Part shown: positions 50,085 to 62,987 of the stretch, piece after piece
How positions within the stretch are numbered: the first letter of the stretch is position 1
How the letters are laid out: each line of letters begins with the position of its first letter
Source: Moniliella sp. 'wahieum'
Lineage: Eukaryota
DNA length: 64,000 nucleotides
Reading direction: 5' to 3'
Assembly: GCA_003971905.1 (NCBI GenBank)
Contig: RSEE01000089.1
Location: forward strand, 124,001-188,000
Made by a program: the position numbers and the translations under genes
Notes under the pieces: model-generated
Told to the model about the DNA's origin: nothing
Seen by the model: only the letters and a program-made list of their open reading frames with translations
The model's database searches: none

Positions 50085-50977
50085 ATGCGCTCTTTCACTG
50101 CCCTTGCCGTTGTTGCCGCTGCAATTGCGTCCCCTGCCGTCGCTGTTCACGGCGAATCGGGCTCCCGCTTTGCCCTCCACCGCCGTGGCGCTATGACGCT
50201 CACCGCTCCCGCTCCTGGCGATGTGTTCAACGAGGGCGCCACCTGCACCGTGCGTCTCTCTTTTGCTCTCTACCGCATGGCATGCTGACAGTCTACTCTA
50301 GGTGAGCTGGGACCCCGACACGTCGGGTTCCAAGAAATGGAAGTCCTTCACCCTTGACCTCTACACTGGTTCCAACCTGGCCATGCAGAAGCTTACCAAC
50401 GTCGCGACCGGGCTCGATGGCACTTCTTCCGGCCCGGGTAAGTACTCGTGGACCTGCCCTCAAGTTACACCCAACTCGGCCATCTACTTTTACCAGGCCA
50501 CCGTTGATGGTACCAAGAGCCCCCAGTGGACCACCGCTTCGCCATTGCCGACTCCACGGAAAGACGACGCCGCCTGAGCATGACAACCAGCCCACCCCGG
50601 TCACCCCTGCCGTGCCTTGGGGCAAGGGCACGCTCGTGTGGGGGGGCTGCGGGTGCGGGCTCGGGCTCGTCGGGTAAGGCAGCCTCGTCGTCAGCTGCGT
50701 CGGAAAGCTCGTCTTCCTCCTCCCCCTCTGAATCTCTTCTTCTTCTCCTGCCTCGGGTTCCTCCTCGGCCGCGTCCCAGCACGGCGCCGCCACCTCGTCG
50801 GCACTGCAGCAAGATGGCTCTACTGCTGCTGCGGCGTCGAGCGAGGCGAAAGCCACGGCATCGGCCGGGGAGGGTGCAGCTGCCAAGAGCTCCTCCACTT
50901 CGCCCGCCGGCCACATCGGTTCGGGTGCGGTACTGGCCGTAGCTGGTGCTGTGGGAGTGGTGGCAGCCATTCTTTGA
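50085..50977 (+). CDS. Secreted Ser/Ala-rich GPI-anchored protein with Kre9/Knh1-like N-terminal domain, 1 intron
   Basis: Signal peptide MRSFTALAVVAAAIASPAVA; PAPGDVFNEGATCT|VSWDPDTSG..W..FTLDLYTGSNLAMQKL..GLDGT..YSWTCPQVTPNSAIYFYQ..WTTRF; S/A-rich tail; hydrophobic end AVLAVAGAVGVVAAIL*. Confidence 0.9.
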
Positions 50978-52289
50978 TTCGAAAAGCATTGTGCAGTTCG
51001 ATTTTGGTACGAGGCGATCCCTAGCTCCCTGTATCTGCCTCTTGTTTCCTATCTCTCTTCTCTCTCATCACCTATCACCGGCTGGCCTGTTAGTTCTCCA
51101 AAAGCAACCCAGTAGCGTGAGGCCGCCAATGCCTCTTCCCCCCCTCACTTTTTCTTTGCCTCGTTGCAACATACTTTTATTACCCGATTCTCGCTTTGTC
51201 GTTATATCGAGCATATTGTGCTTGTGCAGTTATGGTTTAGTTGCTCTTCTCCTTGTTACGTTTCTTGTCGGTGGGTGTGACTGGGTGGATAGGCCTCATA
51301 GGTCTTCCAGGAACGGACCAAGGGTGAAGGAGAGGGTTCAAGTCGGGTAAAATGGACATGCTTTTTCGTCCACTACAGTGGTAGTAGGGTGCGTCTACAC
51401 TCCCGATGCTGTGGATGCATGTGGCCGCGGCAGAGATTGACCTTTTGACTTTGCAGTGCATGCATAATGACATGCAGACAAAAAACAATGGGCACTTCCG
51501 TAGCTGTGGTGGATCGCCCAATCATGCTTGGTGAACCATGTAGCCCAGTAGTATGACAGCACAAAAGGATGGGTGCGCCTTATTGTGAGCCGAAAGTCCG
51601 TGGTGGTGGGGGTAAATATGAGCATCTCTTTGCTTTAGTGTTGCTCTAGCCTCCATCATACACATGCCTGCTATCAGTATATATCACAGAACTCAAGGTG
51701 TAACACGTGTAGCACAGATCGATCTTCCGCCCCAGCGTGCTGGAGCAACTGGAGAACAGAGAGTTCCACAAAGGAGAGTTCCACAATAAGATCTCGGGAT
51801 ACTCAGAACGTACCACCTTGCATGGGTGTTGCAGCCGTCTTCCTCCTCTTTAATCATCAGGCTGCTTCAATGTCCCTATTGGGCAGGACTTCCAGTGGTC
51901 TCATGCATCATGGATGCACACCTCATCACGAAACCTAACTTCAACGAAGGGACTGCGCTACAGGGGCTGCATACGACGTATTAACGCCATGCAATCAGAT
52001 CACTTTGGAGGCACGGTATATAGCTACAGTACAAGTGATGCTGTTGGTGCGGAAATGGGGTGGAATCTTTTTGACATCGACAGCATCGGAACAAAGGGAG
52101 AAAAGCAAGGGCTGCAGCGAAAAGCAAAAGGGCAGCAGCGAAAAGCAAGGAATTAATGCGAGCGAGAAACTAGACAAGCACCCGAACAAGGCAGCTAAGG
52201 CAAGGCAAGGCAAGGCAAGGCGAATCGCGGGTTGGGTCGGCTTCAAGGCTGAGAGCTGAGAGCGGAGAGGCGATCCGTCACGGTAAGCT

Positions 52290-54782
52290 TCACGCCGCCT
52301 CGTCGACGGAAGAATCGAAAATCTCACGATGCAGTACTGGCAGAGCGACCGCTGAGTATCCGACAGGCCGATACGGATCGTAGTACCCACGCCCTGGGCG
52401 ATTCGAATCGTACACGTACCCACCCAACGAAGAAGGGGTGCGTGCAGTGAAGCTCGAACTCGACTCGCCCGTCGAAGCAGAGACTTTACGTAGCGACATG
52501 GAGCGTGCCGTGCCGACCGGGGCAGGCGGAGCGCGTCGGTCCCCTCCAGAGGCGGGGTAGCGGCGCGTCGAGCGGGGCAGAACGAGTGGGGGCGTGTTGG
52601 AGCGAGCGGCAGGGCGAGGATGGAGAGAAACGATGGGTGGGGACGGGAGGAAAAGGGTGAGAAGACGGCAGGAGTAGGTCATTGTCATCCACAATAGCGA
52701 TCTGTGGCATCTGCGTTTCTAGCAAGGGCGAGGGAGAACGGCTCCCTCCCTCGTCCGGCTCGTCTTCGACAGGGGAGAGGAAGCGAGCCGCATTTGTAGT
52801 AGAGGATGTGGAGGTAGGCAGCGTATTAGACGACGAGTGTGCCGGCAGAAGCGGCTGGGGATCTTGCTTTGTCACCGTAGCGCGATCTGTGGCAGTCCAA
52901 TGCTTGAGCTGGCCGAGCAGTTGCTTTTGCGCCTCACGTTCCTTAAGTGCCTCAGCCTCGATCCACTCCATTTGTTTTTGCGCCTGTTGGGCGCGTTGCT
53001 GGGCCTGGACCAAGGCCCGTTGCAGATGCAGCGCCCGCGCCACTTCTACGCGCAAATCCGACCGCAACCCCACCCCCTCCCGCCTTGCCTGCAACGCCGC
53101 CGTCTCGGAACGTTCCAGTGCATCCAGCAAACTTTCTCGCTCAAGTTTCTGACGTTCCGTCATCTGCTCCGTCGCAGGCGCCAACCCCAACGCCTCAGCT
53201 CTCACTTCTGGCAGAGGCTGTCGTCGTGGGTCCGACGTGAACCTCCGTCGAGGAGCTTCCTCCTCTTGCTGCTTTTTCTTGCGCCTGATCCAGGCCTAGC
53301 TCCTGTTCGGACATAGGCCCGTACACGTCCGGATGGGCCGAATAGTCTGCCCAGGCAGCTACGGCACGTGTACGCTCGGCCCGGTCTCTGCCCGACGGGA
53401 AGAAACGGTCGGAGGAGCTGGTAGGCGGCAAGTGGGGGCGGAGCAGTAACGTCGATCTGGCTCGAAGCGCCAGTACCCTCTGTGTCCAGATCATTCTTCA
53501 ACTCAGCCCCTACCCCATGCTCATGTTCGGGGTCGTGCTTGTACCGATGCATCTCCCTTGCGTTCCCGGCTTTGGAGTAGACGCAGACGAGTTGTTCAAC
53601 GCGAGAGAGAAGAGCAGGCACAAGGGATTGCGGGGAAAAGAGCGCGTGGAATGAAGGGTCGTCATGATCATCGGTGGCGGGCGACGAGCGTGAGCATGCG
53701 AGCATATGCCTCCTCAACCTCAGAGCGGACGCTGGCGTTGCGATGGGGCCGGCTAAGCTCGGTGGCTGTGGTGGCTGAACCTGTGGGAGTACCGGTGGAA
53801 GAGGCAATAGGCGAGAGGGCTTGTCGTACCTCCCATACCGCTTGGCTCAACGCCTGTTTCGAGCCGGGGGAGGTAGTTTGCATCGCCGTTCCCCTGAACC
53901 CGAGTGGACGAGGCCATTCAAGGGAGGAGGATGGGGACGAAAAAGCTGGGGCCTGCTTGTGGAAAGACGGACCGAGTGAGTGCAACAAGCGGAAGTCAAA
54001 CCAACCTTCCACTTCTCCGTCTTCCAACGCCGCCTCAACTCGCGACAGAGTTGTCTCAATCTCCGCTACCGACAGCTCTCCCGGCCCAGGATCAAAGGCG
54101 GCCGTGTCGTCCAACTTGGATTCGATCAGCGAAGCCCGTGGCGTTTGGCGCGCCTGAGCGCTAGGACCGTTTTTCACTTGGGTTTCGCTTCCTCTGCTGC
54201 TTGCGCTTTGGCCCTTTCCGGGCCTGGGGATAAGTGGGTGCGGACGGGTGACGGGATTAGGCTTGGTGAGGGCGAGGGAAGGAGCGAGGCACTAGGCTTG
54301 GCCGGGGCGGAAATGGAAGTGCGAGATGCATGGGAGGAAGGGGCAGAGGGGAAGAGGTGCAGTGTGGAAGAAGTGCTGGGACTCGTGGTACTCGAAGATC
54401 TCGGGAGGGGAGGGCGACTGAAGCTGTGTCCGCTCCTTGCGTGAGTGTGGCTGCGGGTCGGGCAGGTGGGTGGGGACGGGAGGTGGGTCGACCGGGGCGA
54501 GTAGGGGGGCGATGGAGAGGTTCCAGTGGCAGCGTGTACTCCACCCGCCTTCTCGCTCGTCCGCGCACCGGGGAAGGGGAGAAGGGACTGGTGCGGATGC
54601 GAGGTAGGACCAAGGAGCGAGACGCGCCGTAGGTTGGTGGCCGAGCCTGCCAAGGGCCCAGCAGTGGGGGTGGAGGCGGATGTGGAGATGTATGTGGATG
54701 TAGATGCAGAAGCAGATGTGGATGTAGATGCCGATGCTGAGGCGGAGCGGGAATGGGCGTAGGAGGGGCGAGGGATGGACAT
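52290..54782 (-). CDS. Hypothetical Ser/Pro-rich protein with a central coiled coil, frameshifted
   Basis: Chain of overlapping minus-strand ORFs (54174, 53668, 53202, 52486, 52290) with coding-like composition. Coiled coil RQKLERESLLDALERSETAALQARREGVGLRSDLRVEVARALHLQRAL. Confidence 0.65.
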
Positions 54783-56026
54783 GGTGGGGGAGAGCAAAAC
54801 GCAGAGGAAGACTAGTAGACGAAGGGCAGCCAACAAACAAAAGCAGGCATGCCTGCTGACCTCATCACACGAAAGGTTTACCCCGCGATTCAACCGATTT
54901 ATTAGTTGCCCCCTGTTCGCTCTGGAAAGGGAGTTCTCTGCTAACCTGCCATAGCCCCAGTCGCTCTCCTTTGGTGCACACCTCAGGCTTTCGGAAGAAC
55001 GGAGGTTCATGTGAGTTATCATGGACGACTCCTTCTTACCTACAAACACCATCAGTCTGGATGGAGTGGGCAGGATCTGTTTTTCTCTTTCTTTTTTTTC
55101 CAGCTGCTCCGGCAGTTTGGGGGATCACTATATTACGAGGTGCTCCACGTGCCGAGAACGCTTATATGGGTTGTGTTCCTGGTTGACTCAATCAAAAAAG
55201 CCCCACACCATTCCGAAGGGAGTGCAAGGATGAAGACTGGGAGACGCTTCTCCTCCGGTGGGAGGGTCATGGGGGCACAGATGAAGGTTTTTTTGGTTTG
55301 CCACACGCCACTGCACAGTTCAATTAGTACTCATCATTAAGTTCGCACGGCATGAAACACGAGAGATTGCGCAAGCTCGACGTGATATAGGCGTCCGCTG
55401 GACAGATGTATGGAGTACTTCATGCCAAAATTGGGCAGAACCTATGATCTGTGTATGCTAAGGTGCCAGATACCCCCCTTCAGAGTGTGAACGTCGGCTT
55501 TTACAACTGCGCAACAAGGAAAGCAGACTTCCGAACTTAGCGGTCTCCACAGCTGCTCTTTCTATAATTCCTGGGGTTTTCCCCTGCTTCGTCCCCAGCC
55601 GCCTTAACATCCTCATCTCCACCGAGTTACTCATTGGTGTCTTCTTTTGCAAGTTTATGCATCAACTGCATGTACTCACTATCCATTACGAGGACCCCAG
55701 CACCATGGAATGAACTAGTCGCAACGATCATACAAGCCGGCTATTGAGGTACACTCGTGTCTGTATGACTGGTGCGAAAGACGGAACCATGGCTGGGGCC
55801 GAAAGAAGAACAAAACAAATGAGGAACATCGAGAAAGTGTAACTTGGAGCATGAATGCCAGGGCTGTGAGATACCAGTGGAGATCAACGTAGGTAGGCGA
55901 TGAAGAATTGGCTTGGGAACGGTTGAGAGGGTGGAAGGTGAGTGAATAGGGAAATCCCTACAAGAGCAGGATGGAGGTTTTTTCCTGATGCGCCACCCTC
56001 CTCCGTTTCCGAGTAGCCAACGCTGC

Positions 56027-56468
56027 TCACACCTGGAAACGGAGGGTAAAGTTGATCACCACAGCGATGAGGAGAAGGACCGAGAGCATGGTGGGGCCCA
56101 AACGATCGTCGTATGGTCCTGAAGTACGGTTGCGGATGGCATGGGCCCGCCAGTGATAGATAATTAGCGCGTACACCATAATTGCCATCGCGACAAAGCT
56201 GAACAAGGACGCGCTGATCCGGCCGACTCGGTCCCCAAAGTTCAACAGGCCCACCGCCAGTGCTGACAGGGTGACAGTGAACGAGAGCCAAGAAAGGACT
56301 GGGAAGGCAGGTAGTCAGCTATACTGCCTGGCAACCGTTGCACAGGGATGGACGAAAGAAGGCAACACGTACAAGTACGTTCGTTGGCGAAGAACACTTT
56401 CGGCTCACGCGTACGGGAAGTGCAATGCGCTGCCGGCGGTGCGTTTGCAGAAGTGGCTGGGTGGACAT
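56027..56468 (-). CDS. VTC1: Vacuolar transporter chaperone 1 (DUF202), at least 1 intron
   Basis: [15 protein letters not shown](V)[52 protein letters not shown] further 3' intron after FQ is possible. Confidence 0.95.
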
Positions 56469-56863
56469 TTTCGAAGAAGGTGGTTGTGGTAGAGGGCAGG
56501 CAAATCAAATGTGGGTCATTTGAAGCTCCAGAGAAACAGACGATGCTGAACTGAATTTGGCGTATGGCCGACATAAGCGAACAGTGCTCTCCGCTGCCAT
56601 CAGTATAGCGTTGGGCACGTGGCTTGGCTTGATCAAAGCGTTGTCTACTTTCCAACGGATGATCATACGACGCTGCCACCGGCTCTGCCACTCCATCGCT
56701 GCCATCGTCCCTACGTGAACCGGCTTGTATTAGGTGTGCGTGTTCGGGCATACAGGTTCATTCAATCGTGAATTGGAAGGGGGAAGGATGCGTCGCCTAG
56801 TACTTACTTTGTCCATGGCAAATTGGGCCAGCCGGCGTCATGTAGAAGGGAGAATGCACAGGT

Positions 56864-58064
56864 TTAAGCAAGCAGTCTAGGAGGACAATGCCTGAGCGCC
56901 GGGCCTTGATCTGCAGCAAGGTGGTGGCGCCCTCTCGAAGAAGTCGCGGGCGACGAAGAGCAAGCTTTGAGAGATGACTGTTTTGTGGATATGAGCTTCC
57001 ATGCCGCGGTAGGAGCGAGAAGCCATCGGGCCCATGGGAAGCTCGTACATAATGGCACGCAGGGAGTTGCTCTGATGAGCCAGGCCCGCCGCGCGCGACG
57101 CGCTTGCAGACGCACTTTGGCCAGAATAAACGGGAACGTTACTATTGTCGCAACCGTCTTGGATGCTGCACCAATCCAGAAGGATTGTGATGGGCTGAGT
57201 CGTTCCTTGCCTGAGTTGCCGAGCACCAGTGTCTTCATCCCTGATGATAGTAGTTGTGTCAATAAGTGCTGAACAGGAAGCAATGGAGAAGCGACGTACG
57301 CTCAAATACACCGTAGTCAGTGCCGGGTTGATGCAAAGGATCAAAGAGGGCTTGAGGCCGGACCAAAAGCCAGTAATCCCATTCTCCTCGTACACTCCTT
57401 AGCCCATCCCAAAAAGAGTGGTCATGGTCCTTGGGCGAGGGGGAGGCCGTTTTGGCTGCGGCACCATTCCCGTTCCCGTTTCCGTTCGCCTGGGACTTGG
57501 GTGACTTGGGCGTCTGGGCCACCTGCTGCCGTGTAGCAACAATGCTCATGGGCAGGATAAAGAGCTGTGCCAGAGCGCCTGCGATGGCACCCAAGCTGAG
57601 CTCAGCTAGCGTGCTCAGTGGCACGCGGCGGGTACCCTTGGCCTGCCCAATTACACGACGCACATAGTTGGCTCGTAGGAGAGTGTACCAGTAGAAGTAG
57701 CAAAATTCTAACAAGAGGTGCAGAGCGTCAGGAGGGAGTCCAAAAATCACGCAGCAAACGTACGCATGAAGAAGGTGGTGACCATGTTGGCCGGAAAACC
57801 CTTGTAGAGCGCATTAAGATCGCCATGGCGCAGGTGGACGAGGATGCCATAAAGGAGAGGCACACGGCGCCTCATAACACGGGCCAGCTTTCCCGGTGGA
57901 TGAAGCGTTTCGTCGACCGCGTCAGCTTGGAGTCGAGTCTTGACGGTATCCATTGGGTAAACGACGGCACTGGACAAAACGCCGGAGAGTGCCGACGTTA
58001 CGGCCGTTTCAAAGACGGTCAGGCGCACGGGCGCAGCGGCGGGGCTGGTAGACGCAGAGGCCAT
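56864..58064 (-). CDS. Mitochondrial-carrier-family protein, peroxisomal adenine nucleotide transporter (Ant1/PMP34-like), introns
   Basis: YPMDTVKTRLQ carrier signature; FCYFYWYTLLR; ELSLGAIAGALAQLFILPMSIVATRQQ; GFWSGLKPSLILCINP; FWIGAASKTVATIVTFPFILAKVRLQ. Confidence 0.92.
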
Positions 58065-58676
58065 TTCTACTGTCTGAGGGCAAGAGGCAACAAGGTGGTG
58101 GTGGCAAGGAGCCAGGCCAGGTAGGCAGCAGAGTTGCTCATCTGTCGACTGACAAAGCGCAATCCCCTGCGCTGCCGGTCGTTTCACACGGTAAGGAACC
58201 GCGGCATTAACCCAGTGATGCATGATGCATGGTGCCACTCGATGATGGAGACAGCGCCTCCAGCGGATCCCCCTTAAGACCGTCACGTTTCAAAGTTGTT
58301 GCAATTGGGTACCAGTGACGTCACTTGTGAGTGCTCTCCGCTGACTCGGACTGAGCGGCTGAGCGTCCATGCAGCTCTTATGGTACTCACAGTGACTAGT
58401 GGTGAGTCCACTGAGCTAAGGGGCTTAAAGAGGCTGGACTAGCGCGGGACCAGGTTGGACCTCGCTCGACTACTGCGCCGGTTACCGGTTACCGGTTACC
58501 GTTACCAACCATTCATTAGGGTCATGGTGTTTGCGCATCGCGTAGTCGCTCCGGTCGCTTAGCTAGTTGGCCACCCAGCTAGCTAATCAGTCAGTGACAA
58601 CATACCGGCACTGGTCAGGACGCGGCTCACGTCGCACAAAACCACCACCAAGCAATGCTGCGACGACGCCCAATGA

Positions 58677-60152
58677 TTACGACGCCCACCCCACCTCCAG
58701 CCGAAGGTACACACGATCAGCACCCGCCTGGTCATGGAGACGCTGTGCCCGGCTCGCCCCGCCAAAATCGTCCTGCCCATACACGACAGCAGCGTCGAGC
58801 ATGCGTAGTTCGTCCATCCCGGCCGCACTGGCAGGCGGGAAGACGGTGAGCAACGCTTCGATCTCAGTCCGATGCGTCTCACGTAGCGGTGAAGTGATGT
58901 GCAGCCGAGCGTCCGAAGACCGGGCAAGGAACTTGTGGGCCACTGCTTTGATCCACACCGGATGAGCTGGGTCGTATACGCAATCGGCCGCTATGAGTAC
59001 TTCAAAAGTTTTGGAGCCAATATGGCATCGTCAGCTGTCAGGGGCGGCGTGGCTGTTGCAGTAGGCGTCCCTTGCCCTGTTTGTTGAGGAGTCGAAGGCA
59101 GTGTTTGTGCACTCGTGTTCCAACTGGTTGCCGCTCCTTCCAAAAAGGGACCACTGCGAATCCCGCTCGAAGAGGCATATACTTGGTACCAATCCAACGG
59201 AAGGACGGTCACGTCGACACAGTGATCGTTTGGGTTGTCCGTACGAAAGAGGGTGGCATTGTACTCTAGGTTGTCCAACACAGTAGGGTGATGATCGGTC
59301 AACCACTGATGAGCGCCTCTCGGCAGAGACTGCCTGTGCAGCGAGTGCCAACCCCACCAGCCCGGTTCCTGCACCAAGCTCCAAGACCTTGCTGGGGAAA
59401 GAGTTTTTGCGACTGAGTAGTTCAGCGGCCAATAAGGGTGCTGACCCCCATGTACGAGCACCCAGTGCGTCATCGACCAGCGTCCCATCGCGAATGGTTA
59501 CTTGCACGTCTGGTGAACTCTGTGCACCCTCCTTCTGCTGGGGGAAAACAAAGATGGTCGTTTCCGGTCCCGACGCTGTTCGAAAGTGAGCCAAAAAATC
59601 GAGCAAGTGTGAGTTACGCATGTTCGTCGGACCGATGGTGGAGTCGCAAACACTGCGAGGGATGGGGACCTACCGGCTTTTCCAGCCGCACAAGCCAACA
59701 GCTCGGCGGCCCAGTCAATCAATTGATCCACTGAAAATGAGGATTTCGGATCCTCAAGCACTTGAAGTTTGCACGAAACGATGCGTTGGAGCCAACTCAG
59801 AGCAGTCCGATGCTCGAAAGCATCGTCGAGGCCAATTTGATGTTGAACCGCTCGGGCCGAAGCCTGGGCATCGATATGGTCCTGGGCAGCGCGGACAGTA
59901 TGAGGAGGCAAGAGAGGTCGGATCCAGTCGGGCCACTCGTCCGAGGGAACTGCTGCTCCAACGACGACACGGCGTAGAAGGGGCGCACCGGTGCAGGCAG
60001 ACCAAAGGCGCGACGCAGGCGAAACAATGCGGTAGCCACAGCCGCTGCGTCCAGCGTGCGTCCGAGAGGGAGGTGGCGGGAAGGCACAAATGTATCCTCC
60101 ACCCCCTCGCGTGCAATGCGTTGCTCGTCAAGAGGCCTGGAGGCTGGGCCAT
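58677..60152 (-). CDS. SAM-dependent protein-lysine methyltransferase (family 16, Efm2-like)
   Basis: LGARTWGSAPLLA, VLELGAGTGLVGLA, LTDHHPTVLDNLEYN, LDW, ADCVYDPAH..WIK, PLRETH, end YLRLEVGWAS*. Confidence 0.9.
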
Positions 60153-61002
60153 CTGCTGTCGTCTGTATGCCAGCCAGTCTGGGCTATTGTGGGCTTCTGC
60201 TAGCTTTGGGAGGAGGCTGGTGGAGCAAGAAAAAAAAAGGTTTGGCGGAGCATGAAATTGAAATGTTGGAAGCATGGCATGCACACGTGACATGGGTGGG
60301 GTTGTGCATTAGGGCCTGGCGCAGTTGAACATTGACGCGTGACATGTGACAGCAGGCAGAGGAAAGCATGGGACTGGCATGGCGTTCCCGGGCGGATGGG
60401 CATACCAGGCACCAGGGGTAAACTGCTTAGCGCTTGCACTGAACACGGTAATAAGAGGCTCAGACCTCCCCTAAGCAGGAGAGCCTGGACCGGCAGCGCT
60501 TACAGATGGGCCCGTGACATGTGGCATGCTGACATCCGCTGACAAAGGTGCCCAGTGGCATGTGTGGCGCTGCGCCCCAACTGGTCTGGAGCGCGTGAAA
60601 ATACAGCGACTTAAAGCGACTGCGGCACTGCGTTGCCCTTACACTGCCGCCGTGCGGCGGGGATAGCTGGCCCTGTGCGAATATCCGAATGCCCGTCCGT
60701 TGCTACGGAGCGTACTGGTACGCCAAGGGCAAACACAGCCGCTGTGGTAGCGTCGTAGCTGCAAAGCGCCCCTCCTTGCTCTTCCTGGCCATGCCCTGGG
60801 GGGGAAGCTGGAAGGGAGATCTGCGATTTGAAAGATACCAACGGCTCTAGGGTGATCTGCTCGATTCACGAGGAGTAGCATTGTGGATCAGTACCTACTT
60901 GCCAAAAGTGTGCAATAGTGCGCTTCTTGCCCCCCCCCCCCCGCACCCGCCACCACCACCCCCCCCTGCTTCCCCATCGCCTTCTCTCGCCTTCCTTTAA
61001 CC

Positions 61003-61546
61003 ATGTCTTCCACCCCTGTCTCAATTGCAGAAGCCGAGCTGGCCAAGCACAACACGGCTGCTGATTGCTGGATGGCCATTGGGGGGAAAGTCTACAACGT
61101 TACCGACTTTCTCGACGAGCACCCAGGCGGTGACGACATCCTCCTCGCTCAGGCTGGCAAGGACGCCACTGAACCCTTTGAGGAGGTAGGACATTCAGAC
61201 GATGCGAACGAGCTCATGGTCCCGATGCTGGTTGGAGAACTAAAACTATCGGAGGTATGTGTACCAGTCACGCTGCCGCGCGCCTTCTGCATTCACGCTC
61301 TCTCTACCTCATCTGACTAACGCATCTGTGACTTCCATTCGTATCCAGGAGGCAGGAACGTCCACGAGGGGAAAAAGGGACCCAGCCAGCGTGTAACACA
61401 GACGTGAGTGCTTCAGCCTTGCTTGTATTCGGGGCCATGTTGACCATTTCCTTGTTTGCATTTCCATCCCTATCAGTCTTTTCCTTCAACTCATTCCCAT
61501 TTTGGTTGTGGCGGCCTCGTATGGATACCACCAATACTATAGCTAG
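61003..61546 (+). CDS. CYB5: Cytochrome b5 (tail-anchored), 2 introns
   Basis: KHNTAADCWMAIGGKVYNVTDFLDEHPGGDDILLAQAGKDATEPFEEVGHS; C-terminal TM LIPILVVAASYGY after splicing. Confidence 0.95.
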
Positions 61547-62987
61547 CGACTGTATTGGCAACAAAAACGCACATATCCAGCTATACCGATCAATCACGCC
61601 CATGCTGACCATCTTTTCCGTGTCATGGCTCACATTCTACCCTCTTCGAACCTGTCTGCCAAATTCATCTGCCGTGCGTTATGCTTCTACGACGTTAACA
61701 TATAACGTGTCCAATGAAAATGCATAATGCATACACGATGGATGGTATCAACTTCAGGTTCGAACGGCAAGAAAAGAATGGTGAGCAGGACACCAAGTAA
61801 CGGGAAACACAGACTGTGCATCAGCTTAGCACCTTTCACCACCGATTACCTTTGCTCGTATGAGAATGTTTCACAACGTTTCGCTGATTGCCCCTTCCAT
61901 CTTGGCACGCGGGGAACATACAGGCATAGCAGCCCGCTGTACCATGCCAGGAGATGGTTCGTGTGGCGATTGCTATCCACCGGCTCAATGAGCAGTCGTA
62001 TCGCTCGTCTTCTTAATCTGGAGCAGACGCGAGCGAACAGGAGTTTCGTTCATCTGCTTCGAGACGCCTTGACAAATCGTGGGGGTTGGAAAACGTACCA
62101 ACCAAATCCCCCTTTGTATTTTTGGGCCATATATTCCTGTGCACCACATGCGTCTTTCCGGACAATGGGCACCTTCTAAGCGCATTCGTTAGCATTTCAT
62201 CCGTCACCCCATTACCCGAATCCCAATGAGTAGTCGCCTGGGTGCTGAAAGGAAGGACGCGGCGGAGTCTTCGTGGTCAGTAATGATGGGCTGCGCACAC
62301 TCCAAAAAAGAGGGTGGGGAGAATACTAAGAGTCTCATTCGAGCAGCGCTTGGTGGCCGTCTCATAAGGATGTCCTCACCGCCTACAAAGCACCGTACTC
62401 CTCGTAGGTTGACCCTTTTAAAGTGCCCAGTAATCGATTTCCTCTCGCCATCCTGTGGGATCTGTCCACCCTGGGACGAAACCGAGGACTCACTGATCTC
62501 CATCGCAGCAGATTGATTGGCGTACTCTCAGTCCCCGTGCGAAACAGCAGACGGGCTCTCGTTGGTGGTGTAGTACATTCCGTACGTCTGATGGAAACCA
62601 TCGTACTAGCTGAACGTCCAACTTCCGCGCGATCTGTCCCACCGGTAAAAGGTGTGTACACGACGTTCTCACTTGCCTCGGATCCAGCAAAGAGGGTGGG
62701 GGCAGCCGTAAATGTTGAGGCTGTGTGATTGACCTTACCCTACGAACCATGGAACATGGTAGCAGTGGTGGTGTTGGTGTTGGCGGAGGCCCTTGTTTCC
62801 CAGCCCAGCATCAGCGCCATCATGCATCAGCATCATGCGGCGGAAAGACAGAAACACGCGAGAGGACTGGTGTAGCGCCCGCACCCGAATTCCGCCCCAG
62901 GTTTCCGCCCCCTGGCAAAAACGGGGGGCAGACAAAATCTTCTCTGCGCCGCTTTGCCGACGGCTACCTCCAACGTACTGGTGCACC

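Noticed and set aside
61727..62757. Possible minus-strand gene divergent from eIF3d
   Set aside because: Only short disjoint ORFs with no family signal; not enough evidence to call
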